This document shows positions 28,562-38,662 of a stretch of 63,198 bases of DNA, piece after piece. The notes under the pieces were generated by a model. The model searched no databases. It saw only the letters and a list, made by a program, of their open reading frames with translations, and was not told the DNA's origin. The first letter of the stretch is position 1. Each line of letters starts with the position of its first letter. Both the position numbers and the translations under genes were made by a program. The DNA comes from a virus. Its lineage: Duplodnaviria; Caudoviricetes. The DNA lies in the IMG/VR virus record IMGVR_UViG_3300028146_000011, positions 1 to 63,198 of that record; one strand, given 5' to 3'.

Positions 28562-29851
28562 TTACCCTAGAAGGTATGGCGCATGTTGCTGTTGCCATTG
28601 ACCGTCGAGCCAAGGAGCCGGAGCGTATGGGTATACTTGATAGTCAATCAAGCTAACTCCCACCTCTTCATCGTTTCTCTCCAGGTCAATCAGCATGTCT
28701 CTAACCTTACCCGCGTGATACCCGGCCTGCCTCAAGTCGTGGTACACGTTTGGATGGTCAGCATCCGGTCCTGGATACTCGGCGCACTTCTCAAGCGCCA
28801 TCTCAAGTAGCACCTCTCCACGATTGGCCACGAATGGCGGTAGCATCGGCTGATCGTCAGACAAATCATACTCTTTGGCAATGTATATATAAGGATAGAG
28901 GTAACCACTGAAGGTAGGTGCAGGCCACAACTCATATCTCGGCACACCTACAGACTGTTGATTGAGAGACGGGAAGCACTGGATAAGGAACTGTTGGCCA
29001 GCTATGTACGTGTTTGTGGGATCAGGCGGCCAGAATATCTGCACACCGTATTCTAGAGTAAGTGGATCTGGAGAGGACGCAATACCGGTGTTATTGACAG
29101 CCCCAGGCATACGCTGCCAACTGTACACACAGCTATTGATGCCTCCAGTAGTGATAGTGATGATGTATGACAGAGGTACTGGGAAGGTAAAGCCTGTGTC
29201 AGTTGTAGTCAGGCAGAACTTAGTTGGAGGGAGGCCAGAGGTGCCAGCAAACGGCATAGCTTGGCCTACTACACCATTCTGACTCTGTTGCTGGTAGTCT
29301 CTGAATGCAACAGCGTACGTCTGTCCGAAGTTAGTACGCTGCGGGTCCAACATCGCAAGGTCGGCCTGAGTAATGTTGGTCCATAGTCTAAAGCCATCCT
29401 TAATAGACACCGCCGCATAGAAGCTACCGAAGTCTGACGGCACTGGGTAGTACGCTTGCAGAATCGTGTAGGCTAAGTTGGATACGTCAGGACCGGCCCA
29501 CGGCTGATCTATATATAAGAGGGTAGGCGAGATGACAGCAATGATCGTGTAGAAGGGGTACAGCAGACCACCCACTCTGATCTGTCGGCCTATCATGTTA
29601 ACTGTCCAGTTGGTGTTAGTACCGCTGATCGCCGCTGGATTCCCTATGCCCTGAGCTACATTGGTGGAGGCTGTGCCGGTGGTGTAGATGTCAGGAGGAG
29701 CAAACGTGTTGGATCTACGTCTAAAGCTCCACTCACGGCGGGCTTGCAGGCTGTGCCAGGAGTCGTTGATGAACTGCTTAGCAAGGACAACTCCCACCTG
29801 TGGCGCTCTGTTTAGCAGCCGATTATAAAGGGTGATGAAGTTGTCAGCCAT
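28562..29851 (-). CDS. Head-tail adaptor / tubular protein A-like
   Basis: FIND....L..RREWSF, YPVPSDF, YELWPAP, DLSDD.P.LP motifs. Confidence 0.55.
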   Translation of the reverse strand: MADNFITLYNRLLNRAPQVGVVLAKQFINDSWHSLQARREWSFRRRSNTFAPPDIYTTGTASTNVAQGIGNPAAISGTNTNWTVNMIGRQIRVGGLLYPFYTIIAVISPTLLYIDQPWAGPDVSNLAYTILQAYYPVPSDFGSFYAAVSIKDGFRLWTNITQADLAMLDPQRTNFGQTYAVAFRDYQQQSQNGVVGQAMPFAGTSGLPPTKFCLTTTDTGFTFPVPLSYIITITTGGINSCVYSWQRMPGAVNNTGIASSPDPLTLEYGVQIFWPPDPTNTYIAGQQFLIQCFPSLNQQSVGVPRYELWPAPTFSGYLYPYIYIAKEYDLSDDQPMLPPFVANRGEVLLEMALEKCAEYPGPDADHPNVYHDLRQAGYHAGKVRDMLIDLERNDEEVGVSLIDYQVYPYAPAPWLDGQWQQQHAPYLLG

Positions 29852-29915
29852 ATACAAAATGGGCAGGGCAGCCGCTAGACCACCCTGCCCTGATTCCCCT
29901 ATCCTGTGCCGTCAG

Positions 29916-30125
29916 TTACTTGTGAAAGCTCTTCAATGTCTCTGCCAGTCGCGCCCTCTTGCCTACTTTGCCGCCCATATGCTCTGCCTTCTTGAGCTTG
30001 GACTCTGGAATGCGCTTATTTGCGGGCACGCCTAAGTCTCTGTGAAGTTCACCTTTTCGCTTAATCGCGCCCTTGATCCACTTGCCGGATGATGACTCAC
30101 TGCCCTTGCCCTCAAGGTCTTCCAT
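29916..30125 (-). CDS. Small basic phage protein (KWI..AIK..G.LH..LGVP...IP..KL...GKRARLAETL type)
   Basis: Recurrent motif in environmental phage head regions. Confidence 0.65.
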   Translation of the reverse strand: MEDLEGKGSESSSGKWIKGAIKRKGELHRDLGVPANKRIPESKLKKAEHMGGKVGKRARLAETLKSFHK

Positions 30126-30126
30126 G

Positions 30127-30378
30127 TTAACCTTCTCTTGAGAGCACCATAACGCGGGCCGCCCACGCACCAGCCGTGACAAAAGTGATGACTGCACCAC
30201 CAGCGGGCCATGTCGCACCGACTGCAATCGCTGTCGTCGGTGTAATGATTACATCGCGGATGCCGGGGTTAGGCAGCGTCAACGTGTCGCCATTGTTACC
30301 CGACAGGTCAAAGAACCGGGCAACAAGGTCGCCCATGACGTGACGCTGGGCGATGTTAGTTGGGAGAATTGCTGCCAT
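30127..30378 (-). CDS. Small virion protein
   Basis: AAGGAG RBS, beta-rich, follows the capsid genes. Confidence 0.55.
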   Translation of the reverse strand: MAAILPTNIAQRHVMGDLVARFFDLSGNNGDTLTLPNPGIRDVIITPTTAIAVGATWPAGGAVITFVTAGAWAARVMVLSREG

Positions 30379-30387
30379 GTTAGCTCC

Positions 30388-30969
30388 TTAGTCGAGGAAG
30401 GCGATGTTGACGTTGCACTGTGCCGTGTTGTTGGTGACCGTCGCGGACGTGAAGTAGCCCAACAGTTGAGTCGGCGGCGCAGTGGCAACGGTGTTCGAGA
30501 TCATGCGGGCTGTGTTGGCCGTGGTGTCTGCCGTAGCCGGTCCACCCTGCGTGATGGTGCCGTTGACCTGGACAGTTCCAAGGCCCTGGATAAGCAAGTC
30601 CGTCATGTAAAGCTGGGGCTGACCGTCAGGGCCGTTGACGTTCGGTGACACAGTAGGCACTTGGACGAACACACCGGCCACACGATTGGGCGCACCAGAT
30701 GGGCCGTAGTCGCACTGCTTGGGGTCGTTGGTGACAAGAGCCAGAGAGAAGCTCTTCCAGTATGCCAACTGACCAGATACGATGGCTCCAACTGAGGTGC
30801 TTGACGTAGCGCCAGAGTCCACCTGCACGCGAAGGTATGTCTTGCCGGTGTTCTGATCCGTGAAGGTGCAGCCCAGTTCACCTGGAGCGTAATAGGGCGA
30901 CGGAGCGTTAGTCTTGTCTGGTGTGCCATTCGGCATGTACGGATTCGAGATTTGCTTGTATACCTGCAT
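30388..30969 (-). CDS. Capsid decoration/cement-like protein
   Basis: Directly after the MCP, Thr/Gly-rich, strong codon bias. Confidence 0.55.
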   Translation of the reverse strand: MQVYKQISNPYMPNGTPDKTNAPSPYYAPGELGCTFTDQNTGKTYLRVQVDSGATSSTSVGAIVSGQLAYWKSFSLALVTNDPKQCDYGPSGAPNRVAGVFVQVPTVSPNVNGPDGQPQLYMTDLLIQGLGTVQVNGTITQGGPATADTTANTARMISNTVATAPPTQLLGYFTSATVTNNTAQCNVNIAFLD

Positions 30970-30994
30970 GGTGATCTCCTGTAATGATTACACT

Positions 30995-32194
30995 CTAGCT
31001 CTGGAAGTTGTAGCCGTAGGTCACGTAGCCGGGCAGGATGGACCAATTGTGAGCAAGGAGCACCTTACCCACGAGCTTAGTGTTTCCAGCGGAGGGGATG
31101 AAGCCGTCGTCATCCAAGCTACCGTCGAAGGGCTTGGACTTACTGGTGCGGTACTTCACCATCGGCTTGCGGATGTTCTCGAACCAGATGGTTTCACCGA
31201 AGATGCTGCCACCAACGCCGGCTGCACCTGCACCATTGCCCCACATTGCAGCCGGAGCCGGGTAAGCAGAGGCGTTGTTACCGTTGGCGTAGTTGAACAT
31301 ACGCACCGCAACACGGTCGTTGGTGCCGTTTGAGTTGGGCACGGTCGCCGGGTTGGTAGACGCCACGCTGTTGGCGGGGTTCATCAGGTACGAGCCGGGA
31401 GCGTAGCGGCTGGAGAGAATCGTCGCGCCGTTGTACTCCAGACCACGGAAGCCAGCCTTACCAATGGTGGTGTTCTGGAAGCGCTGCTGGGTCTGGTAGT
31501 TGTTGCGGATAAAGCCGTAGCCAGTGGGCGTAGTCGTGATGACGTTGCACTCGTACTTGCCGGAGCCAAAGTTGACTGACTGATACATCGTCTCCATCTG
31601 AGGCAGAGTGATGACGCCGCCAGCAAAGTTGAAGGGCTTGGGGGCGAACATACGGCCACCGTACAGAGAACGGGTGAGTGTGCCGTAGATGGGGTACGTG
31701 TTGCCGTCCCACCCAGGGTTGACGCCATCGCTAGAGGCTTCAAGCAAGCCGTTCGGGAACTTGACGAAGCTCGCCGTCTGGCCTTGCAGGTAGCGTTGTA
31801 GTGCCGTCTGCGCACCCAGTTGGATGAACGCAGAGTCAACGCGCTCTGTCACCAGATTGATGACCGCCAGCGGGTCGCCCGCCACGTTGAACACGCGGAT
31901 GTCCTCTTTATAGAAGGGGATCATGACAACATTGAACTTGGGCACGAACTGCAATGCCTGTTCAATCTGACGCTGATCCGCAGGAAGGTCCTGACCCTTG
32001 CTGTAGGGGCCACCATCCTGGACATCGTACTCGATGTTGTCATTCCAGTTGAGGCCGCCGCCGATCTCTTCGTGGCAGTTCTCACCAATCATGGACATCG
32101 TTGGATCATGGTTGAAAACCAGATCGCGTAACTCGGGGTTCTCGTCAATGTACCTCCGAGTGGTGACGCTCAACTGTGTGGCGATGTCAGGCAT
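30995..32194 (-). CDS. Major capsid protein
   Basis: 399 aa after a scaffold-like gene; TTRRYI...DLVF..DP, GG, NGL, GF.GLEYNGATI patterns; highest codon bias. Confidence 0.8.
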   Translation of the reverse strand: MPDIATQLSVTTRRYIDENPELRDLVFNHDPTMSMIGENCHEEIGGGLNWNDNIEYDVQDGGPYSKGQDLPADQRQIEQALQFVPKFNVVMIPFYKEDIRVFNVAGDPLAVINLVTERVDSAFIQLGAQTALQRYLQGQTASFVKFPNGLLEASSDGVNPGWDGNTYPIYGTLTRSLYGGRMFAPKPFNFAGGVITLPQMETMYQSVNFGSGKYECNVITTTPTGYGFIRNNYQTQQRFQNTTIGKAGFRGLEYNGATILSSRYAPGSYLMNPANSVASTNPATVPNSNGTNDRVAVRMFNYANGNNASAYPAPAAMWGNGAGAAGVGGSIFGETIWFENIRKPMVKYRTSKSKPFDGSLDDDGFIPSAGNTKLVGKVLLAHNWSILPGYVTYGYNFQS

Positions 32195-32218
32195 TTCTGT
32201 CTCCTGTAATGATTACAC

Positions 32219-33007
32219 TTACTGGACTCCGGCTCCCACCCACTCTTTTGCCAAGTCGCGGGTAAGGGCCGTCTTGTCGAACTTGTCAACCTCAGTCTTG
32301 GTGCGCTGACTGAGAGCACTGGGCGTCATGTCCGCACCAGTGGGGAACTGTGCCGACGCGCCACGCTTCTGAAGCTCCTCATCAACACGGCGCTTGATCT
32401 CAGTCTCGCGGGCGGCAGTCTCGACCTTCTCACGCTCAGGCTTGTCCCACTCATCGTATGCCTGATTTAAGTTGCCGTTGTACTTCTTCTCGGCAAGTTC
32501 AGCGACAACCTTGAAGTCGATGGGCGTCTTGCGACCGGCGAACATGTGGCGCTGTACCAGATCGCCAGTGTTCACGAGAAGATCAGACCAACGTGGAGCG
32601 TAGCCGCTCTGGATGCGCTGATCCACCAAGCGGGCAACCTGATCCTCTGTCAAACCGGCAGTGTTTGGAGGGTTGTTGGGGGCTGCACCATTCTCCATCA
32701 TCTTGTTATATGCGCCATCGCCGTACTTGGCGTCATACTTCTTGATGTCCTCAGAAAGCTTGGCGACAGCGGAGTAGTTCTTGTCGTACCAGTCTTTGTA
32801 CGCCTTGGTGCCGGGCTTGCCGTCCACACCATCTAACTCAGACTGGAGAGCATTGACGCGAGTTTCAAGCTGACCGTACTCATCCTGCGCCTTAAGCGCG
32901 ACCAAACGAGCCTTGTTGCCATCCTTGTTGATCTGCGCCTTCACGATCTCTGCTTGTTCGGGCGTCAAACCCTCTGTCAGCCAGCTTGTCAGTGTGTTGA
33001 TGTCCAC
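32219..33007 (-). CDS. Scaffolding protein
   Basis: Helical and charged, between portal and MCP. Confidence 0.65.
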   Translation of the reverse strand: MDINTLTSWLTEGLTPEQAEIVKAQINKDGNKARLVALKAQDEYGQLETRVNALQSELDGVDGKPGTKAYKDWYDKNYSAVAKLSEDIKKYDAKYGDGAYNKMMENGAAPNNPPNTAGLTEDQVARLVDQRIQSGYAPRWSDLLVNTGDLVQRHMFAGRKTPIDFKVVAELAEKKYNGNLNQAYDEWDKPEREKVETAARETEIKRRVDEELQKRGASAQFPTGADMTPSALSQRTKTEVDKFDKTALTRDLAKEWVGAGVQ

Positions 33008-33031
33008 GTCATGTCTCCTAAACTGTAATGA

Positions 33032-33406
33032 TTACACTCCAGAGGGGCCGCCCACCGGCCCAGTCAGACCACCAGGACCGCCAGGAGGAAGACCACCAGC
33101 GCTAACACCACCTGTTAGACCGCTAGGCTGTAGTGCTTGCTGTGCTGCCATTGGCAGCAATGATACAGCAAGCGCCACGATTTGACCACAAACTTGCTCT
33201 GCGCCAGGAATCGCACCGGACTGAACAACCTGTTTTGCAGCGGCAATGATGTCGTCCACCGCTTTCTTAACAGGTGCTATGCCGGATACGATTGAGGACA
33301 TTGCAGATTGTGGTCCGGCTGACGCACCCTGACTCTCGCCAGCCCCAGAGAGGTTGGGCAGAGGAGGCAGGGGAGCAGCAGCCGGAGATGATGGGGAGGG
33401 GGTCAT
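33032..33406 (-). CDS. Pro/Gly-rich protein
   Basis: 124-aa ORF; stop codon supplied by the palindrome. Confidence 0.55.
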   Translation of the reverse strand: MTPSPSSPAAAPLPPLPNLSGAGESQGASAGPQSAMSSIVSGIAPVKKAVDDIIAAAKQVVQSGAIPGAEQVCGQIVALAVSLLPMAAQQALQPSGLTGGVSAGGLPPGGPGGLTGPVGGPSGV

Positions 33407-33411
33407 GAAGG

Positions 33412-33588
33412 TTACTTGTGGTGAGGACCGGCGATCTCCGACTTCTTGCCGAAACTGTGTTTGCCCAGCTTTGCGCCAAAGCCGTGCTCTTTCTTGCCCA
33501 TGTGACCGGCGTGCTTCATGTGGTGCTTGCCGCCCATGTGCTCCGGCTTCTTGCCCTCATGCTCTGCGCCTTCTTTGTGGTGTGCCAT
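33412..33588 (-). CDS. His/Lys-rich microprotein (58 aa, not in the ORF track)
   Basis: MAHHKEGAEHEGKKPEHMGGKHHMKHAGHMGKKEHGFGAKLGKHSFGKKSEIAGPHHK; AAGGAG RBS; TAATG coupling. Confidence 0.7.
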   Translation of the reverse strand: MAHHKEGAEHEGKKPEHMGGKHHMKHAGHMGKKEHGFGAKLGKHSFGKKSEIAGPHHK

Positions 33589-33791
33589 TATGCTAAGGCT
33601 CCTTTTCCTCGGAGTTTGGACAGTGACTCTGCCTTGGTGCTGGTTTTGCCCAACTTACCAGGGCTACCGGGGTTCTTGCGTTGAAACAGAACACGAGCGC
33701 CCAGAACACGGCGTCCAACAGTGGGGGTAGCATCAGCAAAACCGCTGGGCTGATCCTCATTGCCGGATGTAATTGAGCCGCTGTAAGCCAT
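33588..33791 (-). CDS. Small basic protein
   Basis: First gene after the promoter at 33800..33828. Confidence 0.55.
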   Translation of the reverse strand: MAYSGSITSGNEDQPSGFADATPTVGRRVLGARVLFQRKNPGSPGKLGKTSTKAESLSKLRGKGALA

Positions 33792-33799
33792 CAGCTATC

Positions 33800-33828
33800 A
33801 TCCTACGTCTCAGGTATGCACCCGTCAA
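33800..33828 (-). promoter_or_regulatory. Promoter TTGACG-17-TAGGAT for the head genes
   Basis: ATG lies 8 nt downstream of the -10. Confidence 0.6.
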
Positions 33829-33912
33829 TATAAGTTTTAGATAAGTTGAATGTTGTCAACATATCAGTTGTACATAGTTGTGAAAGGCCCTCACCGAAGT
33901 GTAATGATTACA

Positions 33913-35859
33913 CTAAGTGGTGGTAATTGTCGGGCCGTTGGTATTCTGACCCATAGACGGAGGAGCCGCGTCAGTGGCCTTCCTGCCCTGTGAGTTGGCA
34001 ATCATACCAATACCAAGTGACTGTTGCAGCTTCAAACGGCTAATTTCGTCAGCCGGTATGACAAGAGACGGGGGTGCAAAGTTCTGTATGCCCATCTTCT
34101 CCATAAGGGTGAACACGGACACGTAACCCATCTTAGCCAACAAGAAGTACTTCATTAACTCTGCCTGCGCCGCCGTATTCAACAGAGATGATGGGTCAAA
34201 TTTGCACTCAAACGCCATCAGCATGGCCTTTGCACGCTGAAATAGCGGACGAGGGTTGTCAGACGCAAGTGCAGACTCAGTAGCCGCGATGTCACCCGGC
34301 TCACCATCGGGCACATCGTCAGGCACACCAACCTTCGGGCTATAGTCGAAGTCCTCTTTAGTGGCTCCCTGTGGGCCAAAGATGGCGACACGCTTTGCCA
34401 GTGAGTCAAATTCCCACCAGTTGTACAAGAACTGTCGTGCAAGCTCCTTATAACAGCCCTCCAGTATGCGGGATCGAAGGCGCACACCGGGAGTCATAGC
34501 CTTCATGAGAGCATCAATGGTGTCATCAGAGGGTATTTGGGCAAGCTGAAGCATGGCGCTTGGGTCAGCAGTGCCACTGATCTTCTGCATCATCTCTGTA
34601 CACCACTTGATGACTTCCCATATCAATTGGTCAAGTGGTGGCGGATTGACAATCTGAAGACCCTTGCCGCTGGCCGTGTTGGTACGAATCTTCATACCGG
34701 GAGCACGAGTATTAGCCCTCTGCATCTCAGCTTTAGACACATTGCGGTCGCCAATTAGGGCCGGTTGCGCTACTTGAGCCGCATGGTCATCAATAACTCG
34801 CAAGTTGTCGTTGATTGACTTGTTCAATGGCAGGCAATCCCACACCGGAGCCTTACCAAACCAGCTATTTGGCCACGGGTTGAGCGTCCATTTAGTAACT
34901 GGGAACTCAGAATGCCAGTAAGGAGCAGGGCCATCGTGCAACAGAGCGTTGCCACCCCACACAATCAACCTATTAAAAGGATAGAGAGGAGAGCCGGGAG
35001 TCACTTCATAGGACCAAGTAGACGTGGGGCTGCCGTCTTTCCACGGACCCATGCGAACAGTCTTGCCGGTCTTGTTCACACGGCTATCACGCAGATACAA
35101 GGTGTTCACAAACACGGTATCCGTGAACGGAATGGGCCTGTCTGCCGCCGACTTCTTAGATAACGGGCCACCTCTCCGCGCTGGACTATCAATCACACGC
35201 TGAAGCCAGCCAAAGAAGGACCCTTGTGTCGCCGTATCCGGCTTGACTGTCTTACCGTGCTCCTCTTTAACCCACTCAGGAGTACGCGCACGTCGCAAAA
35301 TGACTCCCGTGCAGTCTTGAAAGCTGTGATAACTCAGAGGGTCGATAGGGAATACGTTGCGAGGGTCCTCCGCTTCAAGCATGAAGTCGTTAATACGGCG
35401 GCAGTAATACAGGTGGGAGACGCCTGTACCGGCCACCGTGTAGTAACGGATCACGTCACCGATGCGAAGGTCAATGTTGCGCGACGTGTACCACTGCTCC
35501 CCACCCTTATTAGATAGACGGCACTGCGGCTCGTACTTAGAGTTGTTGGTGGTGTAGTTCCAGAAGTACCTCACGTCGGTAAGCATTGCAGTCAAGTCCT
35601 CTGCGATCTTAGCAACTAGGTTGACGCGAGTTTGGCTGAGCGGGCGGGAGGTGGGTACGTAGGAAGCGCTTGTCTGCTTCTCGTACGCAAATATCTCGTC
35701 GATGGCGAGAGATATCTTGTCGTAGCCTACCTGAGACTCAACGAACCGAATACCACGACGTAGGCGCTCATCGCACCACTGCACAATAGCGTAGTCGTTA
35801 GTGCCCGGTTTAGCATCATCAGCGGCTATCGGCGGGAGATCATAGTACTCGTCAGCCAT
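33913..35859 (-). CDS. Portal protein
   Basis: 648 aa upstream of scaffold and MCP; NLVAKI, G.G, DP.NVF.DP, PY....FP, PG..I, ISG..D podovirus portal pattern. Confidence 0.8.
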   Translation of the reverse strand: MADEYYDLPPIAADDAKPGTNDYAIVQWCDERLRRGIRFVESQVGYDKISLAIDEIFAYEKQTSASYVPTSRPLSQTRVNLVAKIAEDLTAMLTDVRYFWNYTTNNSKYEPQCRLSNKGGEQWYTSRNIDLRIGDVIRYYTVAGTGVSHLYYCRRINDFMLEAEDPRNVFPIDPLSYHSFQDCTGVILRRARTPEWVKEEHGKTVKPDTATQGSFFGWLQRVIDSPARRGGPLSKKSAADRPIPFTDTVFVNTLYLRDSRVNKTGKTVRMGPWKDGSPTSTWSYEVTPGSPLYPFNRLIVWGGNALLHDGPAPYWHSEFPVTKWTLNPWPNSWFGKAPVWDCLPLNKSINDNLRVIDDHAAQVAQPALIGDRNVSKAEMQRANTRAPGMKIRTNTASGKGLQIVNPPPLDQLIWEVIKWCTEMMQKISGTADPSAMLQLAQIPSDDTIDALMKAMTPGVRLRSRILEGCYKELARQFLYNWWEFDSLAKRVAIFGPQGATKEDFDYSPKVGVPDDVPDGEPGDIAATESALASDNPRPLFQRAKAMLMAFECKFDPSSLLNTAAQAELMKYFLLAKMGYVSVFTLMEKMGIQNFAPPSLVIPADEISRLKLQQSLGIGMIANSQGRKATDAAPPSMGQNTNGPTITTT

Positions 35860-35913
35860 AGTGTAATGATTACACCGAGAAGGCTATTGGGCAATAGCTA
35901 GTTGTAGACTAGA

Positions 35914-37188
35914 TTAGAACGGTGCACAGGGGCCGTAAGACAACACATCACCAGATATAGAGGTGCCTGTGAACGTGACTGATGTGGCATTAGTCGAAGT
36001 CACTCTGAATAGATTACCAGTTGTGCGGTCCGAAATAGGGCAGTTCCATCCATTTGTTGCCACAGTACCAACGAATGTTAGCGATACAACACAAGCACCA
36101 GTTGGTGCACCTGTAAGTGTTCCACTAGTCTGATTACCAACTCCAAATGCCGCACCACACGCACCACCCACAGTAGGAGCACCAGCAATACCATAATCCC
36201 ACAACACTGTGCCAGTCGAGTTGTCATAAGAGTTATTGACCCAAGTACCCTGCGCGTACTGGTGACTAGTCCAGTTGCCGCCAGCACCACCGCAATTCGT
36301 ACAGTCCGCGTCAATAAAGTTGACGCCAACCACCTGATGATTCGCCCCATTTGCGACAATTCCTTTAGCCGTGCTCGTCCACCCTGTATTTGAATTGTGC
36401 TCAAAGTGCCCACCAGTGACCTTCGCACCCTTACCCTCCAGTAGTAGCAGGATAGGGCTTGCTCCTGTGGGGAACTCAAAGTCGTTGTCGTGGATATCCC
36501 ACGACACGCACCCAGAGCACATATGGACACCTTGATTAGTAAACTGGAAGATGTTATTTGGGCCGATAGTCACCCGGTTCACAGTATTAGCGCCTGCATT
36601 ACCGCTAGAGTCAATACCGTTAACGTTGTTAGTGATCGAGCTATTCGATATGGAACCAAAATAGTCGCCGGGACTGGTTTGGCCGTGAAGTAAAACGCCG
36701 GTATTCCAATTAGTCACCTGTAGATTATCTAGAATTCCACCGCCAAGTCCAGCTACATCAATGCCGGTACTCCCTTGAGCACTGGCCTTAGTGATCGTGA
36801 TGTTTCTAAGAGAGATGCGGCCTGTAGTCGAGATAGCAGTACCACTGCCAGTAAATGAGAGCGTGGCACATGTTGTATTACCGGCTCCAATAAGAGACTT
36901 GCCACCAGGGATAGTGACAGTTGTGCTGATATTGAACGACGCGCATGGAATATACACGTCGCCAATCGTGCTGGAGGCAAAGAGAGCGTTGAGGTGTGCA
37001 GCAATATCAGTAGCCGCTAAACCAGGAGAGACAGAGAACGGCGTACCCGTGCCCTGTGGAATCTGAAGTAGTGGGAAGTGAAAGATATGTCCAAATGCCC
37101 TCTCAATCGCCCGTGATGGACTCCACGGCAATGGGTCAGCACTCAAAATGGAACACGTAGAGGCAAGTAGGAGTGCAATATAACGCAT
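35914..37188 (-). CDS. Tailspike-like right-handed beta-helix protein with signal peptide
   Basis: MRYIALLLASTCSILSA|D; VYIPC..FNI.TTVTIPGGKSLIGAG pectate-lyase-like start; Cys pairs. Confidence 0.65.
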   Translation of the reverse strand: MRYIALLLASTCSILSADPLPWSPSRAIERAFGHIFHFPLLQIPQGTGTPFSVSPGLAATDIAAHLNALFASSTIGDVYIPCASFNISTTVTIPGGKSLIGAGNTTCATLSFTGSGTAISTTGRISLRNITITKASAQGSTGIDVAGLGGGILDNLQVTNWNTGVLLHGQTSPGDYFGSISNSSITNNVNGIDSSGNAGANTVNRVTIGPNNIFQFTNQGVHMCSGCVSWDIHDNDFEFPTGASPILLLLEGKGAKVTGGHFEHNSNTGWTSTAKGIVANGANHQVVGVNFIDADCTNCGGAGGNWTSHQYAQGTWVNNSYDNSTGTVLWDYGIAGAPTVGGACGAAFGVGNQTSGTLTGAPTGACVVSLTFVGTVATNGWNCPISDRTTGNLFRVTSTNATSVTFTGTSISGDVLSYGPCAPF

Positions 37189-37199
37189 GGGGGTAGTCC

Positions 37200-38165
37200 T
37201 TATTTGAACTGAGTTACAGACATCACGGATGTGTAATCCGTGGTGCCTCCACCTGGGAAGCATCCAACCGCTCTCAATATATGAGTACCTGATGCAACCC
37301 TTATTGTCATAGTTGTAGTAGTTTCTCGGTTAGACCCACTCTGGCCTGACCCATTCTGCTCACCGTAAGCGTGATTAGCAGTCAGCAGAGCACCGTCATA
37401 TGTGAACCCGGTGGCTGGGTTGATATTGGTGCAGGTAACACACCCTATGAACAACTTTGCTTCCCATGTACCCGTTGTCAGATTCCACCTATCGGGATTA
37501 GTTGTGGTGGAATGCACAGCGCCCGCGAAGTCATCAAAATTGATCTCTGTGCCACCCGCTCCTGTACCGTCAAAGCTAATAACACCAAAGCAAGAGGCCA
37601 CAGACGTGGGTGTTGCGTTGACACCTTCGCCAGCAGACACAGTATTAAGGGATGAGCCACCAGCAGGCCCAGTTGCTCCTGTAGCTCCCGTAGGTCCCGC
37701 TGGGCCAGTTGCACCCGCCGCACCAGCAGGCCCAGTTGCTCCTGTTGCCCCTGCGGCTCCAGTTGAACCAGTCTGCCCCACCCCACCAGAAGTAAGCAGT
37801 AGAGTACCCGTCTTATTCGTGCCAAACGTGACCACAACCTGATACGTGGTTTGGTCCACAGTGATAGTGGCTGAAATGTCATTAGCCGGTGATGCGTTAT
37901 CAAAGATAGCAAGTACACCAACAGGGCCAGTAGACCACGGGTGTGTGTTAGGCGTGCCGGTGGTGCAAGTGCTTCCACCGTTAACTGTCACAGAGGAAAC
38001 GTTAGTGAAAGAGATAGAACAGGCATTAGCTCCCGCTCCACCACCCCCTCCACCACTACCACCTGCAAACGGGCTGGGCACAGGCTGCTGAGCAAACAGT
38101 AGCACTGCGATCAAAAGTGTAATCATTACACTTCTGAGAGCACTCTTGTCGTGTCGGAAGCTCAT
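37200..38165 (-). CDS. Collagen-like fibre protein with signal peptide
   Basis: About 14 G-X-Y triplets (GAT/GPA/GPT); h-region VMITLLIAVLLFA|Q. Confidence 0.75.
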   Translation of the reverse strand: MSFRHDKSALRSVMITLLIAVLLFAQQPVPSPFAGGSGGGGGGAGANACSISFTNVSSVTVNGGSTCTTGTPNTHPWSTGPVGVLAIFDNASPANDISATITVDQTTYQVVVTFGTNKTGTLLLTSGGVGQTGSTGAAGATGATGPAGAAGATGPAGPTGATGATGPAGGSSLNTVSAGEGVNATPTSVASCFGVISFDGTGAGGTEINFDDFAGAVHSTTTNPDRWNLTTGTWEAKLFIGCVTCTNINPATGFTYDGALLTANHAYGEQNGSGQSGSNRETTTTMTIRVASGTHILRAVGCFPGGGTTDYTSVMSVTQFK

Positions 38166-38644
38166 TGCTCACTCCATATAAAGGTGATAACAACCGTGCC
38201 GGTGATTGAGTTGGTGGATATGGAGTAGTTCGTGGCTGATGTGCTTGTCTTAGAGAAATACACCTTCGACAAGTCAATAATGAGCACACCAGCGGCAGGC
38301 ACAGGCAGAGGGTTAGCCCCAATCGTGGTGCCCGCTCCCACATTACTGGCCGTCCATGTCGTTGCTGTAGCTGCTGGGCCGCACGGCTGCACACAAGAAA
38401 TGCTGCCCGCCGTAGACGTGGCCGCTGCGCCGTTCTCAGCTTGCGTCACCTCACAGGCGACAGTGCAGGAAACAGTTGCACCCTCTAGGATTATCTTCTT
38501 ACTGCCAACTGACGCCTGTTGTAGCGTGAAGGTGGTAGCCGCCCCACTGAGCACCACCTTGCCAGTAGAGGAAGAGAAGCGGTTAGGCGTGCCCTGTGCA
38601 GTGCAGAACAGACACAAGACGATACTTATCAGCAGTTTTCTCAT
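38162..38644 (-). CDS. Secreted beta-rich protein
   Basis: MRKLLISIVLCLFCTA|Q; Ser/Thr-rich, paired Cys. Confidence 0.65.
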   Translation of the reverse strand: MRKLLISIVLCLFCTAQGTPNRFSSSTGKVVLSGAATTFTLQQASVGSKKIILEGATVSCTVACEVTQAENGAAATSTAGSISCVQPCGPAATATTWTASNVGAGTTIGANPLPVPAAGVLIIDLSKVYFSKTSTSATNYSISTNSITGTVVITFIWSEQ

Positions 38645-38662
38645 AGGTGCTCCGTGTAATGA

